A stretch of 11,361 nt of DNA from Abditibacteriaceae bacterium. Its GTDB lineage: Bacteria > Armatimonadota > Abditibacteriia > Abditibacteriales > Abditibacteriaceae. Location of the stretch: contig JANPJS010000165.1 of NCBI GenBank assembly GCA_031425655.1, positions 1 through 11,361 of the forward strand, written 5' to 3'. Positions within the stretch are counted from its first letter, which is position 1, and every line of letters starts with the position of its first letter. Of the stretch, positions 1 through 7,888 are shown piece by piece. Made by a program: the position numbers and the translations under genes. The notes beneath the pieces are model-generated. The model saw nothing but the letters and a program-made list of their open reading frames with translations. It ran no database searches and was not told the origin of the DNA.

Positions 1-140
1 GTCTCGTTGACCGCAACGACCGGCGCGACCTGAGCCTGTTTCGCATCGGCTGGAACTGGCTCGAACGGCTTGTGGCCCAACAAAATCTCCCAAAAGCCCT
101 TGTCCCACTTCATGCCTTACCTAAACTGTCCGGTAGGTAG
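1..140 (+). mobile_element. Right end of an insertion sequence; putative right terminal inverted repeat at about 123-140 (AAACTGTCCGGTAGGTAG)
   Basis: The transposase stop coincides with the element end. The reverse complement starts CTACCTACCGGACAGTTT, and CT- termini are seen in IS10/IS50-like IS4 elements. AT-rich sequence follows from 141. The left IR and target duplication are outside the window. Confidence 0.6.
3..140 (+). CDS. 3' end (partial, 45 aa) of a DDE transposase, probably IS4 family
   Basis: Frame from base 3 reads LVDRNDRRDLSLFRIGWNWLERLVAQQNLPKALVPLHALPKLSGR-stop (TAG 138-140). The 'VDRxDRRDLSxFxIG...KLSG' tail resembles IS4-family transposase C-termini as I recall them. 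Missing from the ORF track because the start lies upstream of the window. Confidence 0.7.
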   Translation, partial: LVDRNDRRDLSLFRIGWNWLERLVAQQNLPKALVPLHALPKLSGR

Positions 141-157
141 AAATAGAATTAGTTTCC

Positions 158-1510
158 TTACTTTATTGCGGCGGGCTTTGTCGGGCTTTCGGTAGAAACT
201 GTCGCCGGCAGGGCCGCAATTTTAGTGACGCCGTTAATTTCGTCCCAGGTGAAGCGGCGAGTTTCGATGAGGCCGGCTCCGGCGCGATAGACTTCCAGCG
301 CGACCGCCGGCTCTGCACCACGAGTATCCACATCGAAAATGCAGTAGAGCTTGCCTTCGCCGTAGTTGAGGAACATATCCGGCAGAACACGCGAAGGAAA
401 ATTGGTAGCGCCCAGCGGGCCGGAGGTAATTTCAATGAGTTGGCCGCCGATCTGATAGCCGCCCGTGAAGTGGCGATCACCCGATAGCAGAATGACGCCT
501 TGAATTTGGTTGTCGGCGATGAACTTCCAGATTTCGCGCCGCTCCCGGTCAAAACTCGTCCATGAATCCCCATGTCCGTTGATTTGCCATTCGCTGCCCG
601 ATGCCACGAATTTGATCTTAGCTTTAGAAGCCAGCAGTTCACGTTTGAGCCATGTTAACTGCTTGGCACCCAGCATAGTTTTGCCGCCCTCATCGGGCGC
701 TTTGTTGGGAGAACGATGATAGCGGTCATCGAGCAGAAAGAAGTCCACGTTGCCGCGTGAAAACTTGCTGTAAATGCCGGGATCATCGGCCTGTCCATAA
801 GACGGGTTGGCCCACCATTGTTGAAAGGTTTGCAGCGACAATTCTTTGCCTTTGGCGGTGCCGTCGCTGTCATTGGGGCCGTAATCGTGATCGTCCCAAA
901 TTCCGTAAGTCGGTGTGCGGCGCGTGATATCGCCAAACCCGGCCACACCGCGTTGCTCACGATAAAAGGCGCGTTGGGTAACGGGATCAGTCGAATCGGC
1001 ATAATGGTTGTCGCCCAGCATCAAGAGCAAATCAATTTGCACGCGTGCAGCCATGTCGCCCCATGTAGCCGCCGGATCGGCAGCGCGGCGTCCTACACAC
1101 GAACCAAAAGCAAAGCGCATTTTAAGCGGCGCGCCAGCGGGCGGCGCCGTGATCAATGAAGGATAAGGCCGCGTTACGGCAAGTTGGCCGTTGAGAAGCG
1201 GCGCGTAAAAGTAGCGGGTAGAAGGCTCTAACTCTGCAACGGCAATATGGCCGGCGAAACCGGCTGCGGCTTCGAGCCGAGGCCCAACAATCGTGCGCGC
1301 ATCCGCTAAATCGGGCTGTTTCCCGATGCGTAACGCCAATTGTGCCTCTCCTGATGCTCGCACCCAGATACGAGCCGCGTTAGGCTCGACATGGCCGACC
1401 ATCGGCCCCAGATCAAGATAAGGCGCAAGAGGCGGCACCGTTTGAGCATACGCTCTGTGGCAGGCAAAATTCGCTGCCAGAACTAATAAAAGCCAGAATT
1501 TCATCTTCAT
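158..1510 (-). CDS. phoD: PhoD-family alkaline phosphatase/phosphodiesterase (calcineurin-like metallophosphoesterase), secreted
   Basis: 450 aa. N-terminal signal peptide (MKMKFWLLLVLAANFACHRAYA/Q), purple-acid-phosphatase-like N-domain (GPMVGHV...ARIWVR...LEPSTRYFY), and PhoD motifs FAFGSC, LGDNHYAD, WDDHDYG, FFLLDDRYHR, MLGAKQLTWL and LSGDRHF. Confidence 0.9.
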   Translation of the reverse strand: MKMKFWLLLVLAANFACHRAYAQTVPPLAPYLDLGPMVGHVEPNAARIWVRASGEAQLALRIGKQPDLADARTIVGPRLEAAAGFAGHIAVAELEPSTRYFYAPLLNGQLAVTRPYPSLITAPPAGAPLKMRFAFGSCVGRRAADPAATWGDMAARVQIDLLLMLGDNHYADSTDPVTQRAFYREQRGVAGFGDITRRTPTYGIWDDHDYGPNDSDGTAKGKELSLQTFQQWWANPSYGQADDPGIYSKFSRGNVDFFLLDDRYHRSPNKAPDEGGKTMLGAKQLTWLKRELLASKAKIKFVASGSEWQINGHGDSWTSFDRERREIWKFIADNQIQGVILLSGDRHFTGGYQIGGQLIEITSGPLGATNFPSRVLPDMFLNYGEGKLYCIFDVDTRGAEPAVALEVYRAGAGLIETRRFTWDEINGVTKIAALPATVSTESPTKPAAIK

Positions 1511-1594
1511 TTGTGTGCCTTGTGAGCTTTGTTAAATTGCCAAGAGAAGAGTTTCGCAAACTGGATAGTTCGTTAGTTGGACTCTTTTAAAGGT

Positions 1595-3340
1595 TTATTC
1601 CTCAGCGGCGTCTGCCTCTTCAGAATCTTCGGGACGGACGCGGGCGCTGGAAGCGATGAGATGAGACACCTTCGGGCCTTCCGCGCCGCGATGAAATAAC
1701 CATGCTGCTTGCTCGATTTCGCGGTCAACGTGGGTCACGCGGGCGTGCTGGCGTAGATGTTGGCCCCACGAATCAACCAGCATCGTCTCAACCCAGCGCG
1801 TTGGCAGGGCCGCGTCCTGAAATAGGTTCCAGCGCAATGCGCCATCGCGCAATCGCAGGCGGCGAATCGGCTGCATGGCTTTGACGAAAGCTTCGGTGTT
1901 TTCGGGAGCAATTTCGAATTCCACCGTCACCAATACCGGCCCTTTTTCGAGCGAGGGTTCAAACGCCATTTGCGGTTCGGGCCAGTGCTGCGACGGCGAC
2001 AGGTTAGCGTTGCCCGGATCAACAATCACGAAACCTCGCAGGGCAAATACTCCCAACAGCATACCAAGAGCGGCCACTAAAAACGCCAGAGGAATGCCCG
2101 AACCCGGCTGATTGGGATCGCCGGCCCACTTGGCGATGCTACCCCACAATACGCTGCCGATGGTGGAACTTCCCATGAACACAAGAGTAAACATTCCGGC
2201 GGCACGCGAACGCACCCAATCGGGCACCGAGCGCACAATGCTGACATTGCAGGTTTGAATGGCAATGGGCCAGGCAAAACCGCCAAACAGCATCGCAGCA
2301 CGCACCAGCCAGGGCGCTATATTTTCAGGCACCCGACCCGGCACGACAGCTAAAACTAATAGATTGAAGGCGCTCAAAAGAGCCGCATAAAAGAGCAGAT
2401 AACTCGGCGTAAATTGCTCGCGCAAACGCGGATACAGCATATTGCCAAGCACGCCCGCCGCCCCGAAGAAACCGATAAGCGAAGCATAGCCGATAGCGTC
2501 AAAGTGGAGAACTTCGCGCGCATACAAAGTCAAAAGCGAAAACTGCGCCGAAATGCAGAGCATTAGCCCCGCCGTGCGCACTAAAATGGGGCGCACCTCT
2601 GCGGAATGGCGCGTATAACGCCAGCCGGTGCGCATGGCACCTAAAATATGCTCCGGCGGCAAATCCACCTCGCGCGGGGCGCGGCGCCAGCGCGCAAAAA
2701 CCAGAACCACACCTAAAAATGAAAGCGCGTTGATAGCGAAAACGACGCCCGGCGCGGTCGCGCGCACCGGCAGCAAGTTCGCCGCAACACCGATAATCAA
2801 ACCACCCAGCAGAGGCCCAATGATACGCGACAAATTCCACGCCGCGCCACCCAGACTCATGGCAGCCGGAACCTGTCGCGGTTTCACCATCTCCGGCAGC
2901 AGGGCCTGCCAGGCCGGGCCTGACATAGCACCGCCCAAAGCCATGAACAGGGTAAAAGTCAACAAAACCCAGGGGCCTGTCAGGTTTAGCAGGGTAAAAA
3001 TGGCCAGTAGGCCGGCTACGGTTGCCGCCCACGCCTGGGTGAAAATGACAAGTTTGCGCCTGTCAACGATGTCAGCCAACGCCCCGGCGGGCAAGGCCAG
3101 TATGAACATTGGGAATGAGGTTGCCGCTGAAATCAGGGCATTCATTTGTTCGCTTTTGGTCAGAGAGGTCATCAACCACGAGGCGCCGACTTCGTGCATC
3201 CACGTCCCGATATTCGAGGCCAAGCTCGCCAGCCATAGCGCCCGAAACAACGGTGATCGTAGGGGTGCCCAGAATGGCGTTTGTCGCCGCGAAACTTTGG
3301 CATCTGTGTGATGTTTGGTTGCAGAGGAGCTATTATCCAT
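1595..3340 (-). CDS. MFS transporter, MFS_3/DUF894 type, with C-terminal soluble domain
   Basis: 581 aa with about 12 hydrophobic segments. Family start PLRSPLFRALWLASLASNIGTWM, MFS motif A GALADIVDRRK, PAWQA, NLSRIIGP, VPDWVRSRA. Soluble tail GPVLVTVEFEI...RRLRLRDGALRWNLFQD...SWGQHLRQHARVT is typical of this family. Confidence 0.92.
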   Translation of the reverse strand: MDNSSSATKHHTDAKVSRRQTPFWAPLRSPLFRALWLASLASNIGTWMHEVGASWLMTSLTKSEQMNALISAATSFPMFILALPAGALADIVDRRKLVIFTQAWAATVAGLLAIFTLLNLTGPWVLLTFTLFMALGGAMSGPAWQALLPEMVKPRQVPAAMSLGGAAWNLSRIIGPLLGGLIIGVAANLLPVRATAPGVVFAINALSFLGVVLVFARWRRAPREVDLPPEHILGAMRTGWRYTRHSAEVRPILVRTAGLMLCISAQFSLLTLYAREVLHFDAIGYASLIGFFGAAGVLGNMLYPRLREQFTPSYLLFYAALLSAFNLLVLAVVPGRVPENIAPWLVRAAMLFGGFAWPIAIQTCNVSIVRSVPDWVRSRAAGMFTLVFMGSSTIGSVLWGSIAKWAGDPNQPGSGIPLAFLVAALGMLLGVFALRGFVIVDPGNANLSPSQHWPEPQMAFEPSLEKGPVLVTVEFEIAPENTEAFVKAMQPIRRLRLRDGALRWNLFQDAALPTRWVETMLVDSWGQHLRQHARVTHVDREIEQAAWLFHRGAEGPKVSHLIASSARVRPEDSEEADAAEE

Positions 3341-3416
3341 GTTGGCGGGCTTGTTGTGTTTATCGTTTCGCTGCTAACCAACAAGTTAACGGTGAAGGCC
3401 GGAATGGCACATTCGG

Positions 3417-3422
3417 ATTATA
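3417..3422 (-). promoter_or_regulatory. Candidate sigma70 -10 box (TATAAT) for the MFS gene
   Basis: Perfect TATAAT on the - strand (ATTATA on +), about 77 nt upstream of the ATG at 3340, in a 241-nt intergenic gap. No convincing -35 at 17-nt spacing. Confidence 0.35.
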
Positions 3423-3581
3423 GCTTGCATTCACAACACCAACACATGGTAGGTTGGGGCAAACGCATAAGAATCAAATTGGAGACAGATATTGATGCTG
3501 GTTGGCGAAAGGGAAGGTGCTCAAGTCCTCAATACGCTGCTGTTCACCGAACCGCCCAGCGGCACAAATACAAATATAGCC

Positions 3582-4529
3582 TTAACGCAGAGCCAGAGGT
3601 TTTTCCTCGTTACGGTCGGCTTCTTGCGCTCGGAGCTTGGCCGCTTCCAAAACAGGAACCGGCGTTTTGAAGAATACACCAACCGCAAACACAACTAACG
3701 CGCCGATCATCACAAACCAGGTGAAAGAAATCTTGGGGAGCAAATCCGAGCGCACCAATGTGCTATCAAAGCCAAGCAGGGGCGCAATACCGTTAAAACC
3801 GGTAATAAAATAGCCTTCCAGACGAGTCATCTGCGGCACGGCCTGCGCCACAGCACTAAAGCCACCGACATGGATAAACAGAGTGACCATCGCAATAAGG
3901 GCACCGCCAAACATCAGGCAAGCCTGAATAACATCCGTCCAAATCACGACTTTGATGCCGCCCAGAGCCGTGTAAAGGCAAGTGACAATCGTCAGAGCAA
4001 GGATGGCGACAAAATAAGGTTGGACATTGGTCACCGCCTGCTGACTGAACTCAACCTGCTGACCGCCGCTAAACATACGCCACGCCAGCACCAGCACCAG
4101 CACCAGCGAGGGCACGAATAAACGTGTGCCTGAAGCTAATGTGCGCATGACCAAAAACAACCCGGAAACGTAGTTTTTGGTCGCCGGGCCAAAGCGCACA
4201 CCGAGATAATCGTAGACCGTGTAAACCTTGTATTGATAATAGGGTTTGAGAAAGACGTTGCCGACAATAACACGCCCGATAATCAGGCCCAAAACCAGTT
4301 GCACATAAACCAGACTCAGTTTGCTGTATCCTTCGCCCGGAGCGCCCAAAAACGTCGCGGCACTGGTCTCTGCGGCAATAATCGAGGCCATCACGGCCCA
4401 CCAGGGCACGCGGCGGCCTCCGAGCGCAAATTCGTGCAGGCTTTCCTCGCGCCGCCCCATGCGCAGACCAACCATCACAATTGCGACGACGTAGAAAACA
4501 ATGATCAGCCCGTCAACGAGTAATGCCAT
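3582..4529 (-). pseudogene. Sodium:solute symporter (SSS/SLC5 family) with apparent in-frame internal deletion; open 315-aa frame, probably non-functional
   Basis: SSS N-terminal motifs are present (LGGRRVPWW, SIIAAETSAATFLGAPG, VYTVYDYLGVRFG, YTALGGIKVVIWTDVIQ). After GYFITGFNG the frame runs straight into a final TM (FTWFVMIGALVVFAVG) and tail. The DQxxxQR loop and Na2-site helix are absent. SD-like GAGGAG at 4533-4538. Confidence 0.75.
4085..4107 (+). repeat. Hexanucleotide microsatellite (CCAGCA) x3.8 inside the SSS gene, encoding LVLVLVLA on the - strand
   Basis: ccagca ccagca ccagca ccagc read directly at 4085-4107. Confidence 0.8.
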
Positions 4530-4654
4530 GCTCTCCTCTGGAAAAACTCCATTTTCGTCATCAGCGTTCGTTTTACGGCTTGGATGAGAATGTTATGTGG
4601 CTCCCATTTGAGCGTCATAATGCGCGTGAGTTGGTCAGGCGCGCCAAAAAGCCG

Positions 4655-7069
4655 TCAGGGATAAAGCAAAAACGGCGCGCGTCGCGTGCGCCATGTGGCG
4701 ACATCATTCGCCCAGGGAGCCATGATTTCTTCGGGCGGCGTGCCTTTAAAAATCGCTTCGGGAATGGTTTTATTGCCGACTAAACCGTGCATTAAATCCA
4801 GCGTTTTCGCATCCATATGTTCGGGAAAAAGGCGCGCCAGAGCATCGGCGATGTGAATGCCTATTTCCGTGGGACGATAGATGCGCCGATCCCACAGCAT
4901 AATCTGAATGCCGCCGCAGAGCACACCTTTGTGCTTGCTGGATATGGGCGTGAAACGCGTGGCCCCAAACGAAACACCGGGCAAGCGGCGCGCGTTGAGG
5001 TTGTTGGCTAAAGCTACGCCATCAATCCACGGAGCGCCCACCACTTCAAAAGGCGTATCGGTGCCGCGCCCGACCGAAATCGGCATAAATTCCAGATAAC
5101 CGATGCCCGGATAAAGCGCGGCCTGGCGCACATTGCGAATATTGGGCGAGGGATTGACCCACGGCAGGCCGGTCTGGTCGAAAAGCAGGCGCCGATTCCA
5201 GTTCGGCATTTTTATCACTTCGATCTGCGCGCCGATTTTGCGCTCGGCGTTATAAAGCAGAGCCAGTTCGCCTAAAGTCATGCCGTGGGCAATCGGCATA
5301 TTATGGTAGCCGATAAACCCGTAAAGCTGCGGGTCGAGCAGCGGCCCTTCCACCATTAAACCACCCAGAGGATTCGGGCGATCTAAAACGAAAACTTTGA
5401 CTTTGTGCTGCGCGGCGGCTTCGAGAATATAGCCCAGCGTCGAACTGTAGGTGTAGTAGCGAGCGCCGATGTCCTGAACGTCAAAAACCAGCGTATCAAT
5501 GCCTTTGAGCATGGCACCGGTCGGGCGATAACGCTCTTCTTTAGGCAATCGGGTATTGTAAAGCGAATAGATTTTTAGCCCGGTTTTGGGGTCAACGCTG
5601 TCGGTAATCGTTTCATCCAACTCACCGCGCACCCCATGTTCCGGCGAAAAGAGCGCCACAACATTGAGCTTTTGCGCCACCATTAAATCCACTATGTGCC
5701 GCCCTCGGCGATCCAGCGCGGTGTGATTGCAAACCACACCGATATTCTTACCTTGCAAACGCTGAAAGTTCTCGGCTTCGAGCACTTCCAGACCGGTTTG
5801 AACTTGCACAAAATCCTCCAGCGATGCCGGCAGCGTCGCGGCGATGCGCCCCGGCCCCGGCGGCCTATCTAAAATAGCGGCAGCCAACGCACCCGAAACC
5901 AGACGGCGCAGCGGCGTGAGGGCTGGAATGGCGGGTTTGGCGTGCACTCCGTTGGCGAGCAGAATCACAAAGGTGCGGCTCTGCGGATCAATCCAGAACG
6001 AGGTGCCGGTAAAACCGGTATGCCCAAAAGAGCCGGGCGGCAAGGCGCCGCGAATCGAGTAGCCGGAATCCAAATCCCAGCCAAGACCGCGCGCGTTGCC
6101 GATAAACGGCGACTGTTTCGATGTCCACAGCGCCACCGTTTGGGGTGTAAGAATGCGAACGCCCCCAAACTCTCCGCCGTTAAGCACCATCTGACAAAAG
6201 CGCGCCAGATCATCGGCGGTCGAAAAAATACCGGCGTGACCGGCGACACCACTCAAAGCGAAGGCGGTCGGGTCGTGAACTTGGCCGCGCGTTGCGGGCG
6301 CATCATCGCCGGAAGTCGTCGCGGCAGCGCGCTCGGACAATTCCGGCGCCGGGCGGAAGCCGGTCTCGCTCATGCCCAGCGGCGCGAAAATCGTCTCACG
6401 GCAGTAAACATCCAGTGTTTTGCCGCTTACCGCCTCAATAACGGCGCCTAAAACGATGAAGCTGAAATCCGAATACAAAAACTGCGTGCCCGGCGGCGAT
6501 TTTTGCGGCACAAGCGCGATTTCTTCGATAATTTGCGCCGTTGTGCGCTGTTTTCCGGCATAAGCGCCGCCCGCCGGAAGTCCTGCACCGTGCGTCATCA
6601 AATGGCGAATCGTGATTTTTGCTTTGTCGCCGCCCGCCTTTTCAAAGGCCGGCAAATAGCGGCCTACCGGCGCATCCAGCTCAATTTTGCCTTCTTCGAT
6701 CAAACGCATAACGGCTGTCGAAACGATTGGCTTGGTCAACGAGGCCACGTCGAAGGGCGTATTTTCCTGCATCGCGCGCGGCTGCGGGCGCAGCCCGGCA
6801 AATCCGTAAGCTTTGCGCAGCGCGATGCCGCCGTCGCGCGCCACCAGCAGCACGGCGCCGGGCACGCCTTGTTTGGCGACCGCTTCGCCAACTAAAGAAT
6901 CTGCCACCAAAAGTCGCTCCGGCGATAAACCCAGCGATTGCGGCTCACGGAGTGGCAGAGAAGGCGTGAAAAACGGGGACGAGGAGGCGCTGACCGTTAA
7001 AAGCAAGAGAAAACAAAAACCCGAACTCAGGGTAGAAACGCACCTCGAAGCGGAAGAATTCAAGCGCAT
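4655..7069 (-). CDS. namZ: Fusion of beta-lactamase-fold serine hydrolase (AmiE/YbbE-like) with exo-beta-N-acetylmuramidase NamZ (DUF1343/YbbC), exported
   Basis: N-domain has SxxK (ASLTKP, Ser codon 6740-6742), YSD, VHDP, GVAGHAG and FGHTGFTGT. After a Pro/Ala linker, the C-domain (about 4655-5805) has TGLEVL, NHT, LFSPEHG, DVQDIGARYYTY, LDRPNP, HGMTLGELA, WVNPSPN and SVGRGTDTPFE. Start placed at ATG 7069 (MRLNSS..., then hydrophobic GFCFLLLLTVSA) rather than at 7108. Confidence 0.92.
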   Translation of the reverse strand: MRLNSSASRCVSTLSSGFCFLLLLTVSASSSPFFTPSLPLREPQSLGLSPERLLVADSLVGEAVAKQGVPGAVLLVARDGGIALRKAYGFAGLRPQPRAMQENTPFDVASLTKPIVSTAVMRLIEEGKIELDAPVGRYLPAFEKAGGDKAKITIRHLMTHGAGLPAGGAYAGKQRTTAQIIEEIALVPQKSPPGTQFLYSDFSFIVLGAVIEAVSGKTLDVYCRETIFAPLGMSETGFRPAPELSERAAATTSGDDAPATRGQVHDPTAFALSGVAGHAGIFSTADDLARFCQMVLNGGEFGGVRILTPQTVALWTSKQSPFIGNARGLGWDLDSGYSIRGALPPGSFGHTGFTGTSFWIDPQSRTFVILLANGVHAKPAIPALTPLRRLVSGALAAAILDRPPGPGRIAATLPASLEDFVQVQTGLEVLEAENFQRLQGKNIGVVCNHTALDRRGRHIVDLMVAQKLNVVALFSPEHGVRGELDETITDSVDPKTGLKIYSLYNTRLPKEERYRPTGAMLKGIDTLVFDVQDIGARYYTYSSTLGYILEAAAQHKVKVFVLDRPNPLGGLMVEGPLLDPQLYGFIGYHNMPIAHGMTLGELALLYNAERKIGAQIEVIKMPNWNRRLLFDQTGLPWVNPSPNIRNVRQAALYPGIGYLEFMPISVGRGTDTPFEVVGAPWIDGVALANNLNARRLPGVSFGATRFTPISSKHKGVLCGGIQIMLWDRRIYRPTEIGIHIADALARLFPEHMDAKTLDLMHGLVGNKTIPEAIFKGTPPEEIMAPWANDVATWRTRRAPFLLYP

Positions 7070-7150
7070 AGATGCTTGTTTTTTACCAACTGGCCGACGA
7101 TAACACAATCAGCAGCACATCTTCTTTTTAAGGAATTTCGCCTGTGCTCA

Positions 7151-7271
7151 CCCCATTAAAATGGGGCGCTATTCTTACAAAGTCCGCCTGCGCGGACTAA
7201 ATTTCGAGTCCGCGACCGGGTGCCCCCTGGGCGGGTGACTTCGTAGCGGTAGACCCCGATTTCAATCGGGG
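7151..7271. repeat. Composite REP/REPIN-like long imperfect palindrome
   Basis: Outer hairpins CCCCAT-TAAA-ATGGGG (7151-7166) and CCCCGAT-TTCA-ATCGGGG (7254-7271), the latter preceded by GTAG (7249-7252). Inner hairpin AGTCCGC-CTGC-GCGGACT (7181-7198) has an interrupted inverted copy AGTCCGCG...GACTT (7207-7241). The linking arms match at 11/16 as inverted repeats. Confidence 0.8.
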
Positions 7272-7316
7272 GAGCGAGTGGACGATGCCTTAAGTTGATG
7301 CCTATGGGTCATTAAT

Positions 7317-7820
7317 TCAGGAACCCTTGGTGACTTCGCCCCAAAAGGCATCCATATGGAAGGTTGCGTCATCGCTGAGTTCGCTGCGTTGGTAACGGCC
7401 ATACTTGCCTTCGACTTTGTCCCAGGGCTGCAAAGCAAACTTGATCGTTTGGCCAACTTTATAAGACGCCGCTGGAGTGAGTTTATTGCTGCGCAGGCCC
7501 CACACATAAACTAAAATGGCGCTTTGCATCAGTTTGCCGTGTAATAGTTTTACATGAGTCAGATGAATGGCCGTGATAGCGTCTTTGTAAGGCACGCTGC
7601 CGGGCCGAGGCGTTTTGGCAATCGCTTTGATTTTGCCCTGCACCACTACGATAGTCAGGCTCTTTTTGACCGCTGCGGGCTTGGCTTGAGCCGATTTTGC
7701 CTTGACCGCCTGAGCAAACGTCGCCGAAGCCAGACAGTCGCATAAAACAAACCCACCAAGCGCCAGTGATAAATACTGTTTCCTTCTCGTGGTGTTCCTT
7801 GAAGTATTTATTCTGGTCAT
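7317..7820 (-). CDS. Secreted hypothetical protein, beta-rich; probable accessory subunit of the O-acetylation module
   Basis: 167 aa, 68 nt downstream of the algJ-like gene on the same strand. Basic n-region plus hydrophobic stretch ending ATFA/Q, a Lys/Ala linker, then a compact domain (VVVQGKI...PRPGSVPYKD...ILVYVWG...RSELSDD...FWGE). Confidence 0.75.
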   Translation of the reverse strand: MTRINTSRNTTRRKQYLSLALGGFVLCDCLASATFAQAVKAKSAQAKPAAVKKSLTIVVVQGKIKAIAKTPRPGSVPYKDAITAIHLTHVKLLHGKLMQSAILVYVWGLRSNKLTPAASYKVGQTIKFALQPWDKVEGKYGRYQRSELSDDATFHMDAFWGEVTKGS

Positions 7821-7888
7821 GATTTCTCTTCGTTGTGTTCCAACAGCGCAATTAAAGCTGATTGTTTAGAGCTATTCTCAAAGGCAGG

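Noticed and set aside
1508..1540. Possible PHO box upstream of phoD (ACAAAGC/ACAAGGC/ACAAATG on the - strand)
   Set aside because: The period is 9 nt rather than the 11 nt of PhoB/PhoP boxes, and the repeats run into the start codon.
3262..3278. GGGGTGCCCAGAATGGC, a partial match to the 16-nt inserted motif
   Set aside because: Only 8 contiguous bases match, and it encodes the family-typical PFWAPLR start of the MFS, so it is probably chance.
2628..3311. 227-aa + strand ORF, and similar shadow ORFs such as 9522-10091 and 5942-6451
   Set aside because: Antisense to well-supported genes, with no family motifs.
3281..3698. + strand ORFs (129 aa and 68 aa) crossing the MFS-SSS intergenic gap
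   Set aside because: They overlap the flanking genes on the opposite strand, use weak starts, and show no recognisable protein features.
5870..6950. Beta-lactamase (resistance gene) call for the SxxK domain
   Set aside because: The VHDP/GVAGHAG/GHTGFTG motifs and the fusion to NamZ point to an AmiE-like cell-wall hydrolase. Nothing supports antibiotic resistance.
7151..7271. CRISPR array, tRNA or riboswitch interpretation of the hairpin cluster
   Set aside because: There are no regularly spaced direct repeats with spacers, no cloverleaf or T-loop, and no riboswitch consensus I recognise. The inverted symmetry fits REP-like DNA.
7262..7851. Alternative-frame - strand ORFs 7483-7851 and 7262-7507
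   Set aside because: They overlap 7317-7820, which has a signal peptide and more protein-like composition. Neither continues the algJ-like frame.
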